A stretch of DNA of 64,000 bases from IMG/VR virus record IMGVR_UViG_3300021093_005143; one strand, 5' to 3'. A program made the translations under genes and the position numbers. The DNA comes from a virus. A model generated the notes under the pieces. It made no database searches. It was not told where the DNA came from and saw nothing but the letters and a program-made list of their open reading frames with translations. Of this stretch, positions 38,144 through 47,936 are shown piece after piece. The stretch's first letter is position 1. Every line of letters starts with the position of its first letter.

Positions 38144-38660
38144 TGCTCAAGAAAAAATGTACCCCCTTACTTCGGTAATCACCAAACGAAAAATCGAAAT
38201 TTTTATATTGAATCGACGTTACGTAGTCCTCACCTTCAATATCGGTAATGTTTATTTTTAGATTTGAAATATTAAAAGGTTCCTGATCGGCGACATTAAT
38301 TTCGAAAAATTGTCCTTTTACATGGTCCTCAGCATAAACCGTATCGTGATTATAAATTTCGAACATTTCTGAGTCAGGATGATTTAATTCTTGAAACAAT
38401 ATATTCTGTACTTCCTCTTTGTATATGGTTCCGTTTTGTTCATCAAATACTGTAATTTCAGAGTTTTCGGGAATAGCACCAATTATTGGGGATTCGCCAG
38501 AAATCAGCTGATCTGTTTCAACATCTAATATATCTGCGACATCTTCCAAAATACACTCGTGTAAATTCAAGTGTTCTAATTTTGACCTTTCTTGAGGATT
38601 AATTCTGTGTTGATTTATTTCGGATCCACGTCCTTGTAAGATGATGGTAAATTTGTGCAT
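38136..38660 (-). CDS. hypothetical protein
   Basis: Likely start at MHKFTI; the upstream part of the track ORF overlaps a tRNA-like element. Confidence 0.65.
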   Translation of the reverse strand: MHKFTIILQGRGSEINQHRINPQERSKLEHLNLHECILEDVADILDVETDQLISGESPIIGAIPENSEITVFDEQNGTIYKEEVQNILFQELNHPDSEMFEIYNHDTVYAEDHVKGQFFEINVADQEPFNISNLKINITDIEGEDYVTSIQYKNFDFSFGDYRSKGVHFFLSNE

Positions 38661-38674
38661 AAATTTAATTTTAG

Positions 38675-38747
38675 AGCGGGAGACCAATATCGTACCGGTC
38701 ATATATTCCTTGGAAGGATATCTCTCTACCAAATGAGCTACCTCCGC
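38675..38747 (-). pseudogene. degenerate tRNA-Gly(TCC)
   Basis: GCGGAGGTAGCTC...CTTCCAA...CTCCCGCT; T-loop TACGATA and mismatched stems. Confidence 0.7.
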
Positions 38748-38785
38748 TTAAGGTTTAAAATAAATTTAAAAATTAAATATGTCAA

Positions 38786-38865
38786 GTGAACAGTGGTTGG
38801 TGGGATTCAGTACCTCGGGGTCGACTCCCTTTCACTGCTGCAGTCAGTTACACCAACATGTTCAC
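38786..38865. ncRNA. candidate 80-nt long-hairpin RNA
   Basis: GTGAACA/TGTTCAC, GTTGGTG/CACCAAC, CAGTA/TGCTG, GGGG-TCGA-CTCC. Confidence 0.45.
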
Positions 38866-38871
38866 CATCCG

Positions 38872-38964
38872 TTAAAATGTGATATTATCACTTGGTTGAT
38901 CCCAATCATCTGAGTCAACATCTTTTGGATCAAGTTCTACCTCGATACTGTAGTTATAAATCAT
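38872..38964 (-). CDS. possible 30-aa acidic micropeptide
   Basis: MIYNYSIEVELDPKDVDSDDWDQPSDNITF. Confidence 0.35.
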   Translation of the reverse strand: MIYNYSIEVELDPKDVDSDDWDQPSDNITF

Positions 38965-38983
38965 AAAAAAAACGGGTTTTGTG

Positions 38984-39056
38984 AGCCAAAGACAGGAATC
39001 GAACCTGCGACCTACTGATTACAAATCAGTTGCTCTGCCTGCTGAGCTACTTGGGC
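38984..39056 (-). tRNA. tRNA-Thr(TGT)
   Basis: ACTGA-TTTGTAA-TCAGT anticodon arm. Confidence 0.93.
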
Positions 39057-39088
39057 GTTCATTTTAATTACAGCAAAAATAAAATTTT

Positions 39089-39280
39089 TTATTCCAAATC
39101 CAAATTTTTTTTGTTTAAATCTAAAATAGTTTTTTTTCCAGTTTTCCAATCAAGCCAAATATCCATATTTTTTAATTGTTCAAGAGTATTTTCATGAACT
39201 AAAACAAATCCTTCAGGTGCAACACCTTCGAACTTGAGAACTGAGCCGCGTTCATCAAGAATTTTTTTTATATCTATCAT
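39089..39280 (-). CDS. hypothetical protein
   Basis: 63-aa ORF with TAAATTTG box upstream. Confidence 0.6.
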   Translation of the reverse strand: MIDIKKILDERGSVLKFEGVAPEGFVLVHENTLEQLKNMDIWLDWKTGKKTILDLNKKNLDLE

Positions 39281-39381
39281 GGTGCAAATTTAGAAAATTT
39301 AATTGTTATAATTTTCCTTTACCATATTTATATTAGAATATAGTTCGAGGACATAACTTTTAAACAAAAAATTTATGGACG

Positions 39382-39606
39382 ATGCAAATAAACAGGGGCA
39401 CTTGGCAGAAAACTCTTCAAGAGAATCTGTCTCAAATATTTTTAATGTTGGCACTGTTTTTCAATCCATTTGGATTCGATGCCGTTCAGTATTCCCTAAT
39501 ATTACTGACAGGAAGTTTATGGAAAGCGAACTTCATTTTGTATTGTATTGCGGGATTATTTTTTGGGCTGTATATCTACTTTCGAAAATTATCTAAAGTG
39601 CTGTAA
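39382..39606 (+). CDS. small two-TM membrane protein
   Basis: FLMLALFFNPFGFD...FILYCIAGLFFGLYIYFRK. Confidence 0.6.
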   Translation: MQINRGTWQKTLQENLSQIFLMLALFFNPFGFDAVQYSLILLTGSLWKANFILYCIAGLFFGLYIYFRKLSKVL

Positions 39607-41086
39607 GTTTACCAGATTTGAAATCTTCAAAATTTGGTCCTTTGATTAGAAAGAACTCTTTTCCAACTTTTCTATAATTCAAAATACCTGCTCGCTTCGC
39701 AGCAGCAAAAAACGATGAGTGCTGACCTCTGAGTTCTCTAGATGATTCAAATCGGGAATCGCCCCTTGTGTATTTTGTTTTACCATCACTATCAACCTTC
39801 TTTAGGTAACCAATATCTGTGAGGAAATCTAATTTTGTCCCAATTTTACCCGCATCAAGATACTTTACTAGTTTTGATATCAAACCTTTGTTTTTTCCAA
39901 AAGTATATCCATAACTCGAAGTGAAAACTGTAAGTCCTCCTGATACTTTTTTTTGTAGTTCAGGGTTCTGTTCAACTTTATTTTTAACACTGTAACTCAA
40001 CCATTTTCTTATACTGTCTGCGGTATTTTCAACAGTGCCTAAAGTAATGGTAGTATTAAGGTCTAAATTCTCCACTCCCAAGTCTAAGTAGTCATTTTCC
40101 TCTGATGGATCGTTTCCCGAAAAACCAACGTCAATTTTGAATACATTTCTTTGGAATCTTTGATCGTTAATTAAATCCCCATATACTATCATAATTGAGT
40201 ATGAATCAATAACCTTCGTATCATCATTCTTTTTCAGATAGATCGTAAGTTCACCCATCGCGTGTCCTTTCATCCCTTCGATATTTTCAAACCCATCAAT
40301 TGAAATACCTAGTTTTGTATCAGCTTTAAGGAATCTATCAAGTTTGTCATATCTTCTGTAATTGCTAAAAACTTGATAAATTAATTGGTTCTTGGTGTTT
40401 TCTGTATGGGTCTTTTTGTAGTCCTGAATTGCATCAACCATTTCTGAGAATGCAAATTTGAATACATCAATTTCTCTTTCATTCATTGATTTATCCTGAG
40501 TGTCCCACCAACTCTCTTTACCTGAATCATCGTAATGTACGGCAACTTTGTCGTAGTTACCATTTTTTGAATTTTTTTTATTGATAATGTAGAATAAAAG
40601 TTGTGATCCTGATGTGTATCTACCAAAGTGACCCGATTTTTTCGATGTTGTACACCATCTTGTACCTGCACCGTACTTACATGAAGCTTCTTCAGATTTT
40701 GGAATTACAACAACAAATTGGTCATCCTCGTAGACTCTATCAACTTTTGACTCCATAACTTTTTGATGTTCTTTTTCTTGAAGTGGTCTGATAACCTTAA
40801 AAAGTTCGGATGTGCTTTGATATTGATTTATATCTTTTTTTTCGAGTTGTGAATTATGTTTGTCAAAATACTTCAACATTGTAATCACAGCATCAATATC
40901 ATCATCTAAATCTTCGCTGTCCTTGTTTAAAGTTTTTAAAACGAAATCAGTGTATTTGTGATTAAAATCTTGAAGGTCACTTATGCCAAGAATCCAATCT
41001 AAAATTTCAGGGTCCATAGATTTGACATACTTTGCTCTCAAATCTTCTTTTCTACCTTCACCCAATAAAATTGATATGAACTTCAT
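39593..41086 (-). CDS. conserved large-phage hypothetical protein
   Basis: KDINQY; EASCKYGAGTRWCTTS; LFYII. Confidence 0.8.
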   Translation of the reverse strand: MKFISILLGEGRKEDLRAKYVKSMDPEILDWILGISDLQDFNHKYTDFVLKTLNKDSEDLDDDIDAVITMLKYFDKHNSQLEKKDINQYQSTSELFKVIRPLQEKEHQKVMESKVDRVYEDDQFVVVIPKSEEASCKYGAGTRWCTTSKKSGHFGRYTSGSQLLFYIINKKNSKNGNYDKVAVHYDDSGKESWWDTQDKSMNEREIDVFKFAFSEMVDAIQDYKKTHTENTKNQLIYQVFSNYRRYDKLDRFLKADTKLGISIDGFENIEGMKGHAMGELTIYLKKNDDTKVIDSYSIMIVYGDLINDQRFQRNVFKIDVGFSGNDPSEENDYLDLGVENLDLNTTITLGTVENTADSIRKWLSYSVKNKVEQNPELQKKVSGGLTVFTSSYGYTFGKNKGLISKLVKYLDAGKIGTKLDFLTDIGYLKKVDSDGKTKYTRGDSRFESSRELRGQHSSFFAAAKRAGILNYRKVGKEFFLIKGPNFEDFKSGKLTAL

Positions 41087-41131
41087 ATGGTATAAATATA
41101 AAGGAAGGGAGATTGATATCTCCCTTTATTA

Positions 41132-41206
41132 TGGTAGTCCCGCGTGGAATCGAACCACGGATTACTGCTTAGAAGGCAGTAGTTATATCCATTTAACTAC
41201 GGGACC
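41132..41206 (-). tRNA. tRNA-Arg(TCT)
   Basis: ACTGC-CTTCTAA-GCAGT, encoded CCA. Confidence 0.93.
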
Positions 41207-41207
41207 A

Positions 41208-41558
41208 TTATTTCCAAAAAAGTTGAATCAAAAGTATAACAAAACTTAAAAATAGACAAACCATAGTTTTAGTTGTCAACGGTTCTTTTAGAATGAACCA
41301 AGCCATAACACTGAATACAATAACACCAATCGAGAACCCGATAATTCTGTTCGGCCAAGTTTCACCATTATACAAATTTACCATCTCTCTACTAGCGAGA
41401 ATCACGAAATAACCAATTGGTAAACCAATAAGAGCCATTAAAAAAGGATTACGTTTAATCCAATTACTCCATAGGTGACCTTGAAGTTGATAAAATGTAA
41501 ATGCTTGAGAAATCAGATAAACAGAAAGAATAAATATTATAGAATATACCTTATTCAT
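41208..41558 (-). CDS. four-TM membrane protein (SMR/EamA-like)
   Basis: Four hydrophobic helices; ILKEPLT. Confidence 0.65.
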   Translation of the reverse strand: MNKVYSIIFILSVYLISQAFTFYQLQGHLWSNWIKRNPFLMALIGLPIGYFVILASREMVNLYNGETWPNRIIGFSIGVIVFSVMAWFILKEPLTTKTMVCLFLSFVILLIQLFWK

Positions 41559-41591
41559 ATTTTGAAAAAAACCCTCGTATGAGGGTTTGGG

Positions 41592-41807
41592 TTAACCATT
41601 TATTTCGTTGAGGAACTCATGAATTATTTCTTGACACTCTTCTTCAGTTCCCTCTTCTCCATCCCACATAAGATCGGATGAATCTGCTGTCCAATCATCC
41701 CATTCGTCCCAATTAGCAACAATTGTAAATTTTTTTCCTTTTTCGGTTTCACCGTTGAACCATACAGTTTTAGAGGTTGTCTTTGGTGATTCGTAGTCGA
41801 TAAACAT
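41592..41807 (-). CDS. acidic hypothetical protein
   Basis: Start at MFIDYES after TATATTTG (41824-41831). Confidence 0.6.
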   Translation of the reverse strand: MFIDYESPKTTSKTVWFNGETEKGKKFTIVANWDEWDDWTADSSDLMWDGEEGTEEECQEIIHEFLNEING

Positions 41808-41929
41808 GGTAGTAGTTTTGTCACAAATATAGGAAATTATTGTTACAAAAAAACCCCTTATGGGGTTTATTTGAGATAATAAATTCTGTGATTGTTCGTA
41901 ACATATTTTCATTATTATTTGTTACTAAA

Positions 41930-41955
41930 AAACCCCCACCTTTAGGGTGAGGGTT
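41930..41955 (-). terminator. terminator downstream of TonB-dependent receptor gene
   Basis: ACCCCCACC-ttta-GGGTGAGGGT flanked by an A run. Confidence 0.65.
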
Positions 41956-41977
41956 CTATAAATAATTCAAAAAGATA

Positions 41978-44900
41978 TTATCTTCCGAAGATATATCTTA
42001 AACCGAGTTGACCTTGCCATACATCAAACACTGAAGTATTCCACTGATATGTGTCTCTTATGAGACCTACAGAAGTTGTACCGTTTGCGTTGAGGATTGG
42101 TTGAGTTGACAATCTATAGACAGGTTCACCAGCTGTGTTAGTTGATGAATAGCTAAGGATTGCAGGGTTTGTAGCTCTTTGAGATACGCCCCAATCTTTG
42201 TTTAACATATTTCCGAAGTTTAAGATATCCAATCTGAGTTGGAATGTATTTCTGCTACCTTTGATGTCAATAAAGAAATCTTGTTGTACAGAGATATCAA
42301 ATCTTTGTAAAATTGGGATTGTGAGAGCGTTTCTCTCAGCGTATTGACCTCTTCTTGTAGAGAGATACTTGTCTTGGTCGATGTATGCGTCAAATGCAGC
42401 TTGTTGTTGAGCTTCAGTGAACGATACACCACCTGATGTGAATGGAGCAAATTTGATGTCCGTAGCTTTGTTTGGAACAAAGATAAGTTCATTGTTATTT
42501 ACTCTATCACCGTTTAGGTCACCCGCTACGAAGTAGCTGAATGGGTTACCTTGTTGTCCTACATAACCTAATGTGATTGTTGTAGCACCAGCACCTTTCT
42601 TTGCACCATTCTCCAATTTATAACCAAGAAGACCAACAACTCTGTTAGGAATCCAGTTATCAGAGAAAGCTAAAGGAAGGTCATTGTTTCCGTTGATAGC
42701 TCTTGCTGACTGCCAAGAACCAGAAGCAATTGAACCAGCACTCATGTAATCTTTTGAAAGTGATGTAGTCCAAGCGAGTGAACCCCAAAGACCTTTCTGT
42801 ACAGGGTATTTTAACTCCACAGTTGCGGATGTGTTAAACGCTCCGTTTCTGTTTGTTAAAACTGCACCCATTGATACGTTGTCATTTACTCTTACGCCAG
42901 CATCGTTTCTTGCGAATACGGGTCTTTTGTCAGGACCATTGAATACTCCCACAGGAACATCCAAGTTAGCATTGTAGTAATGAACAGCGTTTACAAATCT
43001 GTTGTACATAAGTTCTACGGTTCCAATAAATCCGTATGGTAACTTCTTGTCTGCAGCAAGGTTGGATTTCCATACTTGAGGGAACTTGTAGTTAGGATCA
43101 GTAAAAGCTAAGTCAAAAGTAGAAGGAAGCGTTGGTGTAGAGGGGATAAAGTATTGGTTAGGGTTAGCTGTGAAACCGTAGTTTGCAGCTGCCGGACCTG
43201 ATACATCAATAAATCCTGTCAAAACACCATTATTACCCACTTGATTAGATACAAATACATAAGGAGGTCTTCCTGTGAATACACCTGAACCACCTCTTAC
43301 TTGTAAATCATTCTGACCTTTGTGATTGTAGTTAAAACCAAATCTTGGTTCGAAAAGAACCTGAGTTTTTGGTAATACACTTGTATTGAATTTCTCACCA
43401 CCAGCGAAAGTCATTGCTGTAACAGCTTTGTTTTCGAGTGCTGTGTTTTCGAACCCAATAACAGCTACTCTCAAACCACCAGTAAGTTTCAAGTTAGCGT
43501 TGTACTGATACTCATCCTGAACATAAAGGTCAAGTCGAGATGTTTTCAAAACTTGCAATGGTTCGATTCCACCAGGAAGTGCTGAATAGCGAAGTTGGAA
43601 TCTTGCAGGAGCAAGAGTTGAAGGTCTACCACCGTTTGCTAATGATTGATTAGCTGCTGTGTAAAAATCTGCAAGTGAATTGAAGATATACACACCGTTT
43701 GAAGCGGGATAGAATAAGTTATTAGAACGATATTTTTCGAAATTTACACCAGCCACAAATGTATGCTTGTCCATAAACTTGGTCAAGTTATTTGTAATGT
43801 GGAAAGTGTTGTAATCCAACTTGTTACTTGGTGTGAATGGGTCGAAACCTACCGAAGTGTAGGTCGCGGTACCGTTCATTATGTCAATAGTTGGAAACAT
43901 CTTTGCCAAATATGCTCTATTTTCAATTTGTTTGTCATAACCAACAATCAAATTGTTGTGAACAGTGTTGGAGAACTTTGAATTCAACTCCAAGACACTT
44001 GAACGTGTGTTATCCATTATGATATAACCACTATTCTTGAAAGACATCGCGTTAAATTGTGTGGTTCTGTTACCAGCACCTGCTGACTGAGAATTGGAAA
44101 TGTTGATTTCCGCATCAGAGTTGTGCCACACATAACGAGCTGTCAATTTGTGTTTGTCGTTGATGTTCCAATCTGCTCTCACGAGAAATTTCTCAGACTT
44201 ATTTGAGTTGTTGTACCCTTCCCAAGGACCCGTCTCATAATTAAAATTTGTTCTCATAAAATCTGAAAGAGTTTTCATATCAGAATACAAAACTCTTGAG
44301 ATTTGAGAACCAGCCAAAGGTGAACCTTGTGAAATCCAAGTTGTACCAGGTTCAGTTTTTTCGAGTGTTTCGTAGTTACCAAAAATGAATAATTTGTTTT
44401 TGATAATTGGAGCACCTAATCTGAAACCTCTTGTTGTTTCTTGGAACTTGGATGCAGTTACAGTTGTTCCTTTTGCGTTGTTACCAACATAACGTTGGTT
44501 GTCTCTGTTGAACTGATAATAAGAACCTTCAACTTTGTTAGTACCACTTCTTGTTACAGCGTTGATACCCGCACCAACAAAACCACTCTGACGAATGTCA
44601 AATGGAGCTACGTTGATTTGAAGTTGGTCAATCGCATCCAAAGAGATTGCAGTCGAACCGGTTCTACCACCAGCCTGAGCTGAAGAACCAAGACCGAAGC
44701 CATTGTTGAACTGAGAACCGTCAATAGTGAAATTGTTCAGTCTGCTATCAGCAGCTCCGAATGAACGACCGTCACCCATCGGGTTGTACTTTGTGATTCC
44801 GTCAATTGTTCTCGCACCAGTGATGGGAACAGAAGTAAGTTCCCTTCTACCAAACTGCTGAGACGAACCTGTTCTGTCCTTACTGAAAACGTTGTTTCTG

Positions 44901-45265
44901 TTTGTACTAACAACTACTTCGGACAAGACCTTAGCATCTTCAATCAACACAATATTCAAGGTAGTTGTAATACCAAGGTTTGTGTTGATATCGATAAGTT
45001 CTTCCTTTTTATAACCCACGTTCGAGACGTGAACCACATAAGGACCACCAGGACGCACAGCAGGAAGGGTGAAGATACCCACTTTGTTTGTAGTAGCACG
45101 ATATTCAGAACCAGTTGGTTGGTGAACTACGTGTACTGACGCTCCCACTAAAGCATCTCCTTTTTCATTTTTCACCACACCAGACAGGGCAGAAGTTGTG
45201 ATTTGCCCGAAAGATGTGAGAGTCACGAACAAGGATAAAAGTGACATCATGATTGTTTTTTTCAT
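41978..45265 (-). CDS. TonB-dependent receptor, Oar-like, with CarboxypepD_reg N-domain
   Basis: Signal peptide; NNFTIDG, SLDAIDQLQI, INAVTRSGTN plug motifs; C-terminal QLGLRYIF. Confidence 0.9.
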   Translation of the reverse strand: MKKTIMMSLLSLFVTLTSFGQITTSALSGVVKNEKGDALVGASVHVVHQPTGSEYRATTNKVGIFTLPAVRPGGPYVVHVSNVGYKKEELIDINTNLGITTTLNIVLIEDAKVLSEVVVSTNRNNVFSKDRTGSSQQFGRRELTSVPITGARTIDGITKYNPMGDGRSFGAADSRLNNFTIDGSQFNNGFGLGSSAQAGGRTGSTAISLDAIDQLQINVAPFDIRQSGFVGAGINAVTRSGTNKVEGSYYQFNRDNQRYVGNNAKGTTVTASKFQETTRGFRLGAPIIKNKLFIFGNYETLEKTEPGTTWISQGSPLAGSQISRVLYSDMKTLSDFMRTNFNYETGPWEGYNNSNKSEKFLVRADWNINDKHKLTARYVWHNSDAEINISNSQSAGAGNRTTQFNAMSFKNSGYIIMDNTRSSVLELNSKFSNTVHNNLIVGYDKQIENRAYLAKMFPTIDIMNGTATYTSVGFDPFTPSNKLDYNTFHITNNLTKFMDKHTFVAGVNFEKYRSNNLFYPASNGVYIFNSLADFYTAANQSLANGGRPSTLAPARFQLRYSALPGGIEPLQVLKTSRLDLYVQDEYQYNANLKLTGGLRVAVIGFENTALENKAVTAMTFAGGEKFNTSVLPKTQVLFEPRFGFNYNHKGQNDLQVRGGSGVFTGRPPYVFVSNQVGNNGVLTGFIDVSGPAAANYGFTANPNQYFIPSTPTLPSTFDLAFTDPNYKFPQVWKSNLAADKKLPYGFIGTVELMYNRFVNAVHYYNANLDVPVGVFNGPDKRPVFARNDAGVRVNDNVSMGAVLTNRNGAFNTSATVELKYPVQKGLWGSLAWTTSLSKDYMSAGSIASGSWQSARAINGNNDLPLAFSDNWIPNRVVGLLGYKLENGAKKGAGATTITLGYVGQQGNPFSYFVAGDLNGDRVNNNELIFVPNKATDIKFAPFTSGGVSFTEAQQQAAFDAYIDQDKYLSTRRGQYAERNALTIPILQRFDISVQQDFFIDIKGSRNTFQLRLDILNFGNMLNKDWGVSQRATNPAILSYSSTNTAGEPVYRLSTQPILNANGTTSVGLIRDTYQWNTSVFDVWQGQLGLRYIFGR

Positions 45266-45488
45266 GTTTTTTTTTGTTTATTGGTTTATAAATAAGAAAT
45301 CCCGCGACACGAGGTCAACGGGACTTGTTTAATTTCTATATGGGATTGGTAAAAATAATGTTTCACAAACTATCTCTCCTATTCAATACTCCAATAAGTA
45401 TAACCTTAATCCTCCAAGTTGTCAAACATCTATGTTAAGAAATGTTTAACAGAATATAACACTCTGATAAACATTGAAAATTTTTTTG

Positions 45489-45908
45489 TGGAGATGGCGG
45501 GATTCGAACCCGCGTCTTGTTTGCGATACCTATAAGTGACTACACGTTTATTTGATTGGTTCTCAATCAACAAATAGAAAGTTCTTATTTTTCCATCAAA
45601 ACTTACAAATGTGGTCGGTTCCTATTAAGTCGGATTGAACCGAAAACACCTCCTGACAAATTTTCTGAACTTAATCACGTGGTATTTGTCAGACCTCATG
45701 GACTTCTGTTCCTAGGTTATATGTCCTTGCCGACCCGACGTTGTTCTCAACTATTAAGCTGCAACAACACTTTCCTCACGGATAAGACCGATAGCAGAAA
45801 GTTTAGCGAAAGTTTCGCCATTTACGTTTCAAATTAGTTTTTAAGGAGTTAATTCAGCTCCTACGTGCCACTTATAACTACACACACCAATCAATTCCAT
45901 TCATCCCC
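45489..45908 (-). ncRNA. ssrA: tmRNA; tag (A)GETFAKLSAIGLIREESVVAA**
   Basis: 5' GGGGATG with G3:U70, 3' GACGCGGGTTCGAATCCCGCCATCTCCA; tag ORF 45819-45751 ending in AA then TAA TAG. Confidence 0.92.
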
Positions 45909-45991
45909 ATAATTTCAAATAACTTTTTTAAAGGTAAGAATAAATAGTTTCTAATCCAAACGAAATTTATATTTATAATAAAATCATTGTT

Positions 45992-47035
45992 TTGGCATCA
46001 AGTGAATTATTTCAAACATTAAGGAAATACGTCAGAGGACAGGCAGATAAGTACGATATTGAAAGAGCCGATCCTATGGTGTACAGAGTTGTTGAAAATT
46101 CAGTTAAGGGACTGACTGAAATACAATTCGAGTTTCAAAGGGACGATGATCTTTTGAAAAGATTGGGAGTTTCACATGACGATATCTACTTCGTGAACAA
46201 TATTTTCTCACCAAATCAAAATTGGGGTTTTTTGGATGAGTCTCAAGTTATTAATGATTTCTTAGAAGGGTATAATATTTTTAATGTTCTATCCGATGAA
46301 AATCTCGATACACTAATATACATTTTGAAAAATGTTGATCCCGCATTTAACTACGAAGAGCTCGGCTCTGAGGAACCGACAAATAAAAGAGCTGCAGAAA
46401 TAATGATGAAGGTATTCACAAGAGAAACGACCAATATAGTTGGTGATTACAGCTCGGAAATCGAAAGATCGGCAGCAGAAAAAGCAAAAAGTGTAATTGA
46501 TGAAGAGTTATCTGAAGTCTTGGAAAAAAACGAATTCAAGGTTGTTCGTAGTTGGGATACAATTTCTACCACAGTTGGCCAATTGATAATGTTATACGTG
46601 AAAAATGGTAAGATATGGTTGAATTTCAAAGATTTATTCGAATCGATTTTTGACGATGAGGACCACGGATGGAATTGGTCTGAAGAGAGTTACGAATGGG
46701 CTTACAATTCAAATTTTGACAAAGAGAGTTTTAACAGAGAAGCTTCATGGCAGATTGATAAAATGAAAGATAGAGTTGAGGAAGATGACAGGATAATTGA
46801 GTTTGTACAACTTTACGATAGAATTACCAAGAAGTTCAAGGTTGGTGTTGTATATGAATTACCCAATTTAAAAGGGGCAACATTTAGAATTAAGGACTTT
46901 GATAAAGATGATATGAAAATTGAAGTGATTCTAAGAAAGGGTTTGAAATCAATATCAAGAAAAGTTTCTGAGGAGAATTTTTACAAATTACTCTATCAAC
47001 CAGAATTATTTGGTTCACCTTTTGGTGATGTGTAA
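45992..47035 (+). CDS. hypothetical protein
   Basis: 347-aa ORF, TTG start, TATTTAT upstream. Confidence 0.75.
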   Translation: MASSELFQTLRKYVRGQADKYDIERADPMVYRVVENSVKGLTEIQFEFQRDDDLLKRLGVSHDDIYFVNNIFSPNQNWGFLDESQVINDFLEGYNIFNVLSDENLDTLIYILKNVDPAFNYEELGSEEPTNKRAAEIMMKVFTRETTNIVGDYSSEIERSAAEKAKSVIDEELSEVLEKNEFKVVRSWDTISTTVGQLIMLYVKNGKIWLNFKDLFESIFDDEDHGWNWSEESYEWAYNSNFDKESFNREASWQIDKMKDRVEEDDRIIEFVQLYDRITKKFKVGVVYELPNLKGATFRIKDFDKDDMKIEVILRKGLKSISRKVSEENFYKLLYQPELFGSPFGDV

Positions 47036-47068
47036 AACTTTACCTACCTTTGTAGTAAATTTTTACTA

Positions 47069-47908
47069 ATGAATCAAGATTTACAGTTATTAAAATCTGT
47101 CTTGAGTGTCCCAACCAAAACCTATCAAGAAGGTGAGATGGTCAAATATCTCATCAATTGGTGTAAAAAGGAGGGTTTAGATTACCAAGTAGATAAAAGT
47201 CACAACGTTTACGTTACAAAAAAAACAGGTGAGGTTCCTAAAGGATTTTATTACCCTTGTGTTGTTGCTCACACTGACACAGTACATAACATAGACACAA
47301 TCAATGTTCGTGAAGAAAAACTTCCAAATGCACAAGGAGAAATAAAATTAGCCTATAAAGCATACAGTAATCAGGGTCTACCGATTGGAATAGGTGGTGA
47401 TAATAAAGCTGGTGTTTTTGCCTGTTTAACTTTACTTAAAGAGATGCCATTTCTCAAAGCAGGATTTTTCGCTTCTGAAGAAACTGGTTGTCACGGGTCA
47501 CAAAAAGCTAATGATAGTTTTTTCGAAGATGTGGGGTATGTCATTCAATTTGACGCACCCGAAAATTGGATGATTACAGAAAGATGTTTTGGACAACAAC
47601 TGTTTGACAGAGATTCAGAATTTTTCAAAGTGTGTGATCAAGTATTGACTGAAGGTATGGTAAATGCTGACATGGATTATATGACCCACCCATATACAGA
47701 CGTATGGGCTCTTAGATCTAAATTCAATTTTTCTTGTATCAATTTCTCTATTGGTTATTACGACTATCATTCACAAAATGAATATGTCGTTGTTGAAGAT
47801 GTTTTCAATGGAATCAATATGGGTAGAAAAATGATTGAGAATTTAGGATACAAGTTACACTATAAGAAAAGTGTACCCACACAAAAAATTGGTAGATTAT
47901 GGGATTAA
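47069..47908 (+). CDS. M20/M28-family zinc peptidase-like protein
   Basis: VAHTDTVH, GGDNKAG, SEETG, QFD, YDYH...E. Confidence 0.8.
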   Translation: MNQDLQLLKSVLSVPTKTYQEGEMVKYLINWCKKEGLDYQVDKSHNVYVTKKTGEVPKGFYYPCVVAHTDTVHNIDTINVREEKLPNAQGEIKLAYKAYSNQGLPIGIGGDNKAGVFACLTLLKEMPFLKAGFFASEETGCHGSQKANDSFFEDVGYVIQFDAPENWMITERCFGQQLFDRDSEFFKVCDQVLTEGMVNADMDYMTHPYTDVWALRSKFNFSCINFSIGYYDYHSQNEYVVVEDVFNGINMGRKMIENLGYKLHYKKSVPTQKIGRLWD

Positions 47909-47909
47909 A

Positions 47910-47936
47910 AAAAAGGGGGTTTAGACCCCCTTTTTT
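47910..47936. terminator. bidirectional terminator
   Basis: AAAAAGGGGGT-ttag-ACCCCCTTTTT between convergent genes. Confidence 0.8.

Noticed and set aside
39375-39596. 73-aa alternative-frame ORF
   Set aside because: Overlaps 39382..39606, which has the more coherent two-TM pattern; the choice between the two is uncertain.
45556-45837. 93-aa plus-strand ORF
   Set aside because: Antisense shadow of the tmRNA.
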